Shown: positions 38,657-48,681 of the stretch, piece after piece
Numbering within the stretch: the first letter of the stretch is position 1
Layout of the letters: each line of letters opens with the position of its first letter
Virus record (IMG/VR): IMGVR_UViG_3300022879_000002
Location: 57,876-121,875 of that record
Strand: one strand, 5' to 3'
Length of the DNA: 64,000 nt
Source: a virus
The notes under the pieces: model-generated
Told to the model about the DNA's origin: nothing
The model's database searches: none
The model's input: the letters and a program-made list of their open reading frames with translations, nothing else
Translations under genes and position numbers: made by a program

Positions 38657-40726
38657 ATGTGTGAAAATACATATGCAAGACCTAAGTTTGATTTATCAAT
38701 GATATTAGAAAATAATGCTATGTTAAAAGTTAGACCAGAGCTATTTGACGAATGGGATTTTAGAAAGAATAATGAACTAGGTTTAAATATTTATAAAGCG
38801 ACTAAAGGTAGTCATAAAGTGGTATGGTGGATTTGCTCAAAATGTAGTAGTAGTTTTAATTCTCAAATAACCGATAGGACAAGAGGAAATAATTGTCCGT
38901 TTTGTGCAAGTCAAAGAGTTAATCACACTAATTCTTTAGCAACATTAAGACCTGATTTAGCCAATGAATGGCATCCTCTTAAGAACGGTGAATTAACCCC
39001 CAATGACGTACTGTGCGGTAGTGGAAAGAAAGTTTGGTGGAAATGCCAATTAGGTCATGAATGGGAAGCCGTTGTAAATAACAGAATAAAAGGTCAAGGA
39101 TGCCCATATTGTTCAGGACGCAGAGTAATTAAAGGTTATAGTGACTTATATACAACTAATCCTGAAATGGAATATTACTGGAATAAAGAAAAAAATACAG
39201 AAATAAAAATGTCAGATGTTACCAAGGGTAGTCATATAGAAGCTTGGTGGAAATGTGATAAATGTAAAAGTGATTTTAAAACAGAAATAATCCTGATGGT
39301 AAAGTACTTTAACTGTCCATACTGTTCAGGAAAAAGAGTTAATTCTACTAATTCACTAGCATCTCTCAACCCTTCTCTGGCATCTGAATGGCATCCTACG
39401 AAGAATGATGATTTAACTCCACATAATGTTACATGTAATAATGGCAATAAAGTTTGGTGGTTAGGTGAATGTGGGCATGAGTGGGATGCAAAGATCACTA
39501 GTAGACATAACGGAATAGGTTGTCCATATTGTAGTCGTAATCCGAAAGCTCTAAATGGTTACAATGACATGTGGACTACAAATCCAGAACTAGCTTCTCT
39601 GCTTGCTAATCCTGAAGATGGTTACAAATATACTCAATCTAGTGGTAAGAAAGTTAATTGGAAGTGCTCTGACTGTGGAACTACTATTAAAAGTAAATCT
39701 ATTGATTCAATAAAAAAACAAGGTTTGTCGTGTTTTAGATGTTCAGATGGAAGATCATTTGGAGAACGTTATATGTATAGTTTACTAACAGAAATTGGAG
39801 TAGACTTTGAATGTGAAAAAGTATTCAAATGGAATAAAAACCGTAGATATGATTTTATAATAAAGTATGATGGTCAATTGATTATATCTGAAATTCATGG
39901 GTTACAACACTATGAAACATGTTATTTTCATGAAGTATCTGGAATGACGTTAGAAGAACAAATTAAAATAGATGAAGAAAAGAAATATAAAGCACTTTCT
40001 AATGGTATAGATTATTATTTTGAAATAGATGCTAAAGTATCAAATGATGAGTATTTAAAATCCTCCATAATTAATAGTGGTATATTTAACAAGTTGAAAA
40101 TAGAAGATAGAAATATTAATTGGCTTAAAGTTTCTGAAGGCACTAGTTTAAGTTTTATAAAAAGGACAAGTGATTTATGGAATAAAGGAATGAGCATTAA
40201 AAATATATCAGAAAAATTAAAATTAAACAGGAATACCATATCCGAATATTTGATAAAAGGAAATAAATTAGGTTTATGTTCTTATCAAAAAAAACCTCTA
40301 AAAGCTAAAATAGTTCAATTAAATAAAGAGAATGTTTATATAAAAGAATGGGATTCTATAATTGAAGCTAGTAAAGTATTGAATATAACTAGTTCAATGA
40401 TAAGTTCTTGTTGCAACAATAGACAAAAAACTGCTGGAGGATATAAATGGTTATTTAGTGAAGTCTATGAAGATTATTTATCTGGTAATATGGCTTCCAA
40501 AACATTAAGTAACAATCATGGATGTTCTGTAGAAGTGGTAAGAATAGATGCTACAACCGATAAAATTGAAATTTACGAATCAATTAAGTTAGCAGCCAAA
40601 TATAATGATTTAAAAAGCTCTGCACATATTTCATCTTGTTGTAGAGGAAAACGAAAATCTGCTTACGGTTATCGCTGGATGTACCTCGAAGATTATGAAA
40701 AACAGTACGGTAAAATAGATGAATAG
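38657..40726 (+). CDS. free-standing endonuclease-like protein: repeated Zn-ribbons, nuclease domain and NUMOD1-like repeats
   Basis: repeated W.C..GHEW.......G.GCPYC units; RYDF...SEIHGLQHY nuclease-like core; two E..SI..A......I..CC..K.K.A.GY.W NUMOD1-like repeats. Confidence 0.8.
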   Translation: MCENTYARPKFDLSMILENNAMLKVRPELFDEWDFRKNNELGLNIYKATKGSHKVVWWICSKCSSSFNSQITDRTRGNNCPFCASQRVNHTNSLATLRPDLANEWHPLKNGELTPNDVLCGSGKKVWWKCQLGHEWEAVVNNRIKGQGCPYCSGRRVIKGYSDLYTTNPEMEYYWNKEKNTEIKMSDVTKGSHIEAWWKCDKCKSDFKTEIILMVKYFNCPYCSGKRVNSTNSLASLNPSLASEWHPTKNDDLTPHNVTCNNGNKVWWLGECGHEWDAKITSRHNGIGCPYCSRNPKALNGYNDMWTTNPELASLLANPEDGYKYTQSSGKKVNWKCSDCGTTIKSKSIDSIKKQGLSCFRCSDGRSFGERYMYSLLTEIGVDFECEKVFKWNKNRRYDFIIKYDGQLIISEIHGLQHYETCYFHEVSGMTLEEQIKIDEEKKYKALSNGIDYYFEIDAKVSNDEYLKSSIINSGIFNKLKIEDRNINWLKVSEGTSLSFIKRTSDLWNKGMSIKNISEKLKLNRNTISEYLIKGNKLGLCSYQKKPLKAKIVQLNKENVYIKEWDSIIEASKVLNITSSMISSCCNNRQKTAGGYKWLFSEVYEDYLSGNMASKTLSNNHGCSVEVVRIDATTDKIEIYESIKLAAKYNDLKSSAHISSCCRGKRKSAYGYRWMYLEDYEKQYGKIDE

Positions 40727-40789
40727 TTTTCACATATATTTCCCCTACTCTATTTTTATTTAGGAATGAAAATACAAATAGTATAACAT

Positions 40790-40879
40790 ACACAGCCTAC
40801 AGGGCGTGAAATTGCAATACTTACATCGAAAACCAAAACCTACGGGTTCCCTCCTAGTTAATATAGCTAGGGGGTTTTT
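40790..40879 (+). ncRNA. candidate small structured RNA ending in a terminator
   Basis: hairpins GCC-UACAG-GGC and AACC-UACG-GGUU (UNCG loop), then CUCCUAG/CUAGGGG and a U tract. Confidence 0.3.
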
Positions 40880-40991
40880 ACATTTTAAATTAAATTTATA
40901 TAAATACAAAAATAAAAAGAAGAAGTTGAGTGAATGTATTTCGCTTACCTTCTTCTTTTTATTTTTTCAAACTAAATAAGGAGGATAAAAA

Positions 40992-43900
40992 TTGGCTACT
41001 AAAAATCCTATTACTTTACTAATGTCACTAGACATAAACGGTTCTACTTCTCAACAAAATGTTAATCAATATGTAAAATCATTAAAAAAATATTATGATA
41101 GAAATCCACTACTTATTACCCTTGGAATAAATAAAGGTAATATAGAAAAAGATTTAAATGAGATTTCTAAAGTAATTAGTAAAAAGCAAAATGAATTAAA
41201 AGTAAATATTGGCTCAAGTAATGCTGTCAAAGATATGAAAGAATTAGAGAGTCAAATTAATAAGGTAATAGCAAAATTAACTGAGTTAGATAGAAAGATG
41301 AGATCAATCGGTTCAAGTTCTAATGGTTCAATCAATCTTGGAAATATATCTTCATCCTCTATAGCTAATTCCATAGCGCAATTACAAGCATTAAATAGTA
41401 ATTCTGCAAACAATTTAAATGGATTACAAAGATCAGTAAATGATACTTCACGAGGATTAACTAGTTTAAGTAACAATATTAACCAGACTTCTAGGTCAAC
41501 AAATGAACTAGGTAATGCTTTTTCTGAAGCATTCACAAAATTCCCTATTTGGCTAATCGCATCTTCATCCGTATTTTTACCATTACAAGGTATAAAAGAT
41601 TTAACTGAACGAGTAATTGAGCTTGATACAGCTATGACTAACTTAAAACGGGTCATGGATCTTCCTGACTATAAGTTTAATGAAATGTTAGAAAAATCAA
41701 TTGAAAATACTGAACTTTTGTCTGGAAAAGTTGAAGATTACTTAAAGTTAGTTGGTGAATTCGGTAGAACTGGTAGGAATGATAAGGAATCACTTGAGTT
41801 GGCTAATGTTTCTACTATCTTACAAAACATATCAGAATTAACTGCAGATGAAGCTGTAAATAGCTTAACTGCTGCTATGATTTCGTTTGGAATTGCTGCT
41901 GAAGACAGTTTAACTATTGCTGATAAATTAAACGAAGTAGATAACAATTATTCTATTACTACTCGTGATTTGAGTTTATCCATGAATAAAGCAGCGAGTA
42001 CTGCACGAACTTTTGGAGTAAGTCTTGATGAATTATTAGGTTACACCACTGCTAAAATATGGCATTCATAATAGCGATATTATGTCTAAACTTCCCTAAA
42101 CAGGGAAACCCCTAACGCATTAAGACGAGGGCAATCCTGTACTAAAGCGTATAACGTAAATGTGCAACGACTAGTAAGTCCTATAAAAATAGGCATACAT
42201 TCAAGTGAATGGAAACGGGAAGGCTCTCAGTGAGAGCTTGATATAGTCTGATCTTATAGGAAACTATAAGCTGTATGAGAAATTGTCGAGAGATAATCAA
42301 ATACGACATAGATGTAACGAACCTATGTGAACATAATGATTGGTGCAGCTACAAGAGAATCTGGAAACATTGTTGGTTGACATACTAGCCCCTTATAACA
42401 GTGATGTTATATTGAACACCGAATATCGGGGGAACTCCTAACAAGTTAAGTTGAGGACAATCACCGAAGCGTAAAACATAAGTACTACGCTCGAACGACT
42501 GACAAGGTGCAACTCTACGAGTTGATGATACAGTCTACTCCCCTACTTAAATATCGGGAAACCGAGGGTATAAAGGAACAGTTTAAAAACTATTTTCTCA
42601 CGAATTACTACTAACAGTTCTGCCATTGGAGCTTTAGAAGACATCAATATTTCTATTGAAGATATGGAAGGAAACGTTAAGCCAGTATCTTCTATAATCA
42701 GTGAAATAGCAAACAAATGGGATCATCTCACAGACGCAGAGAGACAAAACACTGCAGTAAAAGTCGCAGGAGTTTATCAACTTTCCAGATTTAATGCATT
42801 AATGCTCAATTATAAGATGGCTCAAGATGCTACTGCAACTTCTACCAATTCTTTCAACTCAGCTATGCGTGAACAAGAGGAATATGGTAAAAGCTTACAG
42901 GCTAGAATTAATCGTTTAGATACTGCTTGGACTGATTTTGCAAACACTGCAGGTGATAAAGTTCTCTATGATGGCATTGTAGTTGTAACAGAAGCACTTA
43001 AAGGTGCGACTGACGCTTCAAATGGAATTGCTAGCAATATAGGAGTCCTAGCTCCTGTATTTGGAATACTAGGAATGGCAGCTTATGGATTAAGTAATAA
43101 CTTGCGAATATTAGTTGCTTCTACTTACGCTCAAAGTGCTGCTTCAATTTCGGCTTCAGGTACAACTGGAATATTTGCAGGTGCTTTAACAGGATTAAGA
43201 ACTGTAGCCTCTTTGACTACTGTAGCTCTAAGAGGATTGTTAATCGCTTCTGGAATAGGAATTGCCTTTGCAGGTGTAGGGTTCATAATAGAAAAATTAA
43301 CTAATGTCATGTCTGAAAATATTCAGAAACAAGAAGAGTTAGATAATTATAATAAAAAAAATATAGAAGCCATTACTCTCAATAAGAACTCAGTAGAAAG
43401 TTTAATCTCTACATATAAAGAACTAAGTGACCAAAAAGAAAGTGGTTCTCAGTGGGACGCTGATAATGAAGAAGAATATTTAAAAATTCAACAGCAACTT
43501 AGCGAAGTATTCCCTGCACTAATTGGTCATATCGATTCAACTGGTCAAGCACACATAAAAAATACTGATGCTATAGATAAAGAAATTGAATCAACAAATA
43601 AATTAATTGATGCACAAAACAAAGTAACTGTTAACAAAGCTATTGAAGAATTTAAGAAGTTAAATAATGAATTAAATGGATCTTGGTATGAATCTTTTTC
43701 AAATTACATTTTCGGTAGCTTAGAGTCTAGAATAAAGCAACAAAAGCAAATAATTGAATCAATGCAGAAAAACGGCTCTGATACTTCTGCTCAAGAATTA
43801 GAATTATTGCAATTTGAACAGCAATACCAACAAACAAGTGAAAAAATAAAAGGCTATATTTTCGAAGTAACTAGAGCAATGGCAGAAATGAATGGCGTTG

Positions 43901-46900
43901 AAATTAACTCAGCACTTATAAACTCTCTGCAGAATTTCGTTTATAATTTGGATTTAACTAATCTTGATGAAGGAAAATTAAAAACATTTTCATATGAGCT
44001 TGGAAAGCTTCAAGAGAAAATGCAAAAGGCTATTGATACTAATAATGAGAAAATGTTCAATGAAGCAGTTGAAAGTCTCAACAAACTTGCTTCTCAAACA
44101 ACTGGATTTGACTCTAAGTTAGGTAAATTTAATGATACTTTTGCAAAACTAACAGGTACTATCAAAGACGGTAGTGGGATAATAAATGTAGCAACAGACG
44201 AATTTTCTGAACTTGGTGACGGTATAGATAGTGTAGGAGTAGCAATAGATGATGCTGCAGATGCACTTGATAAACAAGTTGAAAAGTTAAAAGATCTCTC
44301 ATCAGCTCAAGAACAAATTGTAGGCGTATCTGAAGCTCAAATCAAAGCAGTTACTGATTCAGTTACTGTTATTGAGTTTTTAGGTAATGTATCTGAACGT
44401 ACTGAACAACAAGAATTATCATTAGCAAATTCAATTAAATTATTATCTGCTCTATATCCTCAATTAACAAACCTGTTAAAAGGTACATCCAAACAACGTG
44501 AGCAAGCGATTGCGATTATTGAGTCTGAAAATAAAGCCAACAAGGCATTACTTAAAGGTTACGAACTATCTGCTAATGGCAAGATGAACGCTGAAGGTAA
44601 AGCTACAATCGTTCATCTTGAAGAAACAAATAAACGTATCAAAAATATCAATGCTGAAATCAGAGCTTTAGACACTCTTCAAGCAAACTACAATAATATT
44701 ATCAATGCAATGAGCAAAAGTAAGAGTGCAACTAATGATATTGATCTATTACGACAAGAAAAATTATCTTCACAAGCATACGATAAAATTACACTTAAAC
44801 AAGCTGAACTTGCTACCCTATCAGGAACTCAATCAACATATTCTGATTCTCTATTAAATACAGTTAGTGCGATTGAAGAATACGACAAATCATCTAAAAG
44901 CTCAAATAAATCTCAAAAAGATAAAAATACTACAACTAAAGATTCAATATACATAACAGATAAGTATAAACAAGCCCTTGAAGCTTTAAATCTTGAAATT
45001 GAGAAACAACAAAAATTACAAGCCAAATACCCTGAACATTCCAATGAATATCGCAAACATCTAGAAGTGCAGATTAAACTTGAAAAAGAAAAATTAGCAC
45101 TGCAAGAAAAGCAAGCTAAAGCTATCCAATCTCAAATTGCATCAGGTAAAATTCAGCAAACTGGTAATGTTTCAAGTAAGTCTTCTACTGCTACTGCTTC
45201 TACTACAAATGCTAATGTCAATGGTTTTAATGGAAGAATCTCTAGTAACTATGGTCAACGTGGTGCAGAATTCCATCGTGGTGTGGATATTGCCTCCCCT
45301 CTTGGTAGTCGTCTGGATGCTCCAGTGTCAGGTAAGGTAATTAAAGCAGGTGATGCAAAGGCTAATGGTATGTCTTGGACTTATGGAAACTTAGTTGTTG
45401 TACAGGATGATTCAGGCGTTAAACATATCATGGCTCATATGGATAAAGTGGTTGCCAAAATTGGAGATTATGTTCAAGCAGGTACGCAAATTGGTACAGT
45501 AGGTAGTACTGGAAACTCAACAGGTCCCCATGTACACTATGAACAAAATACAGCTAATGGTAAATTAATTGATCCAACGTCATATGTAAATCAAGTTCGT
45601 TCTGGTAAAGTTTCTGTCTCTCCTTCTTCTGGAGTTTCTACTGTTGATAATGGTCAACAAGCAATTGATCAAGCTAAATCTGATTTATTAGGTTTACAGA
45701 AAGATGTACTCAACACTAAAGATACAATTGATAATTTGAATGAACTACTAGTTAAATCTAATGTCGCTTACTACAATCATCTAATTGATGGTGTAGATCG
45801 TTCTATTAAGAAATCTAATATTCTAGCTAATCAACAATTAGAGCATTCTCAAGCTTATCGTGATGAATTAGAAAAAGAAACTAAACACTTAGAATACAAG
45901 CAATCTTTATTACATAAAGAAGCAAACTTCATTCGTGAGCAACTTAAACGTACTGACCTCTCCCCTGCTTTCAAAGATGAATTAACAACTCAATTAAGCG
46001 AACTATCTCTTTCTTGGTGGGATGTTGAAGAAAGTATCAAAAGTGTAAATGAACAAATTGAAAATAGTAAAATAGCCGAATTTGACAAGAAAATTGAAAG
46101 TCTAAATGATGCAATCTCTAAATCCAATAAATTAATGGATATACATGCTAAAGGCTCTAAGGAATATAATAACGAGCAGAAAAATATTGTCTCTACATTA
46201 TATGAAAAACAAAAAGCATACGAAACAGAAGCTGATGCGTTACGTAAGTCAATTCAACTGGAAAAACTATCAATTAAAGAAATTGAACGTAAGAAGGAAC
46301 GACTTAAAGAATTATCTTCTACTTGGTTAGAACTTCAATCAGAAATTATACGTATCAATTCTGATATTGCAGATGAGTTAATCAGCACAATGAAAGATGC
46401 TTATGGTCAACAACGTGATTACGAATTAGCTTTAAAAGATAAGCAAATTGAAGACTTAGAAGAATTACGTGATGCTAAATTAAATGCTCTTGAAGAAGAA
46501 GGTAAAGCTTACGAAGAATCCATAAAACAACAAATGGATGCGCTCGATAAGGCTCATAAAGACAAGTTGTCTAAGTTAGATGAAGAATCTAAGGCTTTTG
46601 AAGATGCCATTAATCGCCAACTCGAATTAATGAGAAAGCAACGAGATGAAGAGGATTTCAATAAGGATATAGGAAAACTTCAAAAAGAAGAAGCTACTAT
46701 TGTTGCTAAAATCAATGAATTGTCTATGGATGATTCTAGAGAAGCTAAGTTACAACGTAAAAAGCTTGAAGAAGAATTAGCAAATGTTCGTGAACAGATT
46801 GCTGATAAACAAAACGATAGACAGTATGAATTACGTGAACAAAATCTTCAAGATGAACTAGATGCTTATAAATCACAACAGGACGCAAAGAAAGAAACGG

Positions 46901-47850
46901 AAGATAATAATTACAATACGTCCAAAGAAGCTTTAGATAATCAGTTGGAGTTATACAAAAAGGAATTAGAAGCTAAGAAAAAGTTAGAAGAAGAAAAGTT
47001 TAAAGCATCTAAGGCTCAATTAGAGAGAGAACGTAAAGATATAGTCAATCACTACGATCAATTAATTAATAATGAACAAGAATATGCTAATTTACGTGCA
47101 CAGATTATTAATGGTAGCGTTGATGGAATGAATGAAAAACTTTCTACCTTCTTAGGTAATTTCAAAAACATGAATAAAGAGTTAATTAATGAATTAGGTA
47201 TTAGTTGGCAAGAGTTAGAGAATAAGATTTATAGAATTACACAAGCACAAGGAAGTCTAGGTAATATCTCTACTCCGAATCAAAATGTAGACTTGAATAA
47301 TGGTTCTATTATTGGCTCTGGTTCTAATTCTAACAATTCATCTTCTAACACTTCTGCGAGAGATAACGCATGGCAACAATACTTATCTAATAAAAAAGCA
47401 TGGGATTCCGCATCGGCAGCAGAAAAAGCACGTTTAAATAAAGAAAATGAAAAGTTACGCAATCAATGGGGATTCCAAGATGGTTCATATGCTTCACTAA
47501 AGAACCTCAAGAAGTACCATAGTGGTGGTATTGTTGGTGGTAAAGGTAATCGATTGACGGAGCTAACTAACAAATTATTCAATACTAAACCTAATGAAGA
47601 AACTGTACTTGCCCTTAAACGTGAATTATATGTCCCAGAGAATAATGTAGATAATATGTTTACAAATATTCGTGCTGCCATGCCTAATTTCAAAGTAAAC
47701 AGTCCTCAAGGTGGATCGATAAAAATTGATAGTTTACTTTCTATAGATAGCGTTTCTCAGAATGCTAATTTAGACATAGCTAGATTGACTGATCAAGTTA
47801 TGGATACATTAATTGATAAAATGAGACCTTATGGATTTAATATACGATAA
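40992..47850 (+). CDS. tape measure protein with M23 peptidase domain; three exons 40992-42053, 42339-42377 and 42577-47850 (~2124 aa spliced)
   Basis: splicing restores the conserved TMP motif GYTTA-IGAATRESGNIVG-NSLKTIFSRI in frame; M23 motifs HRGVDI...H...HVHYE near 45.3-45.5 kb. Confidence 0.9.
42054..42338 (+). mobile_element. group I intron 1 (285 nt, no ORF)
   Basis: 5' exon ends in U (GCU) with P1 UGCU/GGCA; intron ends in G; P3 CTTCCC/GGGAAG, P4 ACAGGGAAAC / GGCAATCCTGT, P7 GACTA(42169)/TAGTC(42244) within GTGCAACGACTA and GATATAGTC. Confidence 0.9.
42378..42576 (+). mobile_element. group I intron 2 (199 nt, no ORF)
   Basis: exon ends GGU with P1 GGU/GCC; terminal G at 42576; P4 TCGGGG/CACCGA, P7 GACTG(42497)/CAGTC(42531), P8 CAACTC/GAGTTG, P9 TCGG-GAAA-CCGA. 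Confidence 0.88.
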
Positions 47851-47856
47851 CAAATT

Positions 47857-47885
47857 AGAGGTGGAGCTTAGTCTCCCCTCTTTTT
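47857..47885 (+). terminator. intrinsic terminator after tape measure
   Basis: AGAGGTGGAG...CTCCCCTCT followed by a T tract. Confidence 0.6.
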
Positions 47886-47908
47886 ATATTTAGGAGGTGT
47901 AAATATAA

Positions 47909-48676
47909 TTGAGTTCAATTGATTTTTATTATAATGGTAGGCATTCTTCTGAAATGGGAGTATGTATGGTTAACCTTAATAGTGGATTAACTAAGTCAAA
48001 CTATTTATCTAATAAGAAAATAATATCCGAAAAAATAGCAGGAAATCCAATACCCTATATATATGGATCTGAATACGAGCCATTAGAATATACTCTTATT
48101 TTGGCTTGTGTAGATGGTGAAAGATGGACTGATGCAAAACGTAGAGAGATTGCTAGATGGTTGGATACAAATAGTTTTGAAGAATTCTATACAGATGATG
48201 AACCAGATAGATATTATTATCTGCAGTATCAAGGTTTAGTCGAGTTATCACATAACGATGCTTGGGATGGTTATATAGAAGTTTCAATGTTAAATGACTC
48301 CCCTTTCATCTACTCTCCTTTTCAAGAAAGGCGATACGAATTAACTACCATTACAGCTCCTACAATTATTGAATTTGATAATGTTGGTGACAATGTAGTT
48401 TATCCTGAAATGTGGATTTACCTTATGAATGATGGCGATTTTCAAATTAGAAATCTATCTAATGGTGGTAAGGATTTTAAGTTTACTAATCTAGCATATG
48501 CTGAAACTATTTATGTAGATAATAAACATCATGATATAGAGTCTGATATTACTCTTACCTATCGCTATGATAATTTTAACAACAATTACCTTGAGTTAGT
48601 AAGAGGAATTAATAGATTAGAAGTAACAGGTGCTTGTAGTTTGTTATTTAGATATCAAGTCCAATTAAAAGGATAA
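47909..48676 (+). CDS. distal tail protein (Dit)
   Basis: follows tape measure; FDNVGDNVVYP...LELVRGINRLEVTG Dit-like motifs. Confidence 0.8.
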   Translation: MSSIDFYYNGRHSSEMGVCMVNLNSGLTKSNYLSNKKIISEKIAGNPIPYIYGSEYEPLEYTLILACVDGERWTDAKRREIARWLDTNSFEEFYTDDEPDRYYYLQYQGLVELSHNDAWDGYIEVSMLNDSPFIYSPFQERRYELTTITAPTIIEFDNVGDNVVYPEMWIYLMNDGDFQIRNLSNGGKDFKFTNLAYAETIYVDNKHHDIESDITLTYRYDNFNNNYLELVRGINRLEVTGACSLLFRYQVQLKG

Positions 48677-48681
48677 AGGAG

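Noticed and set aside
40992-42071. Tape measure as a truncated pseudogene or two separate genes
   Set aside because: Group I intron removal restores a continuous frame and a conserved motif
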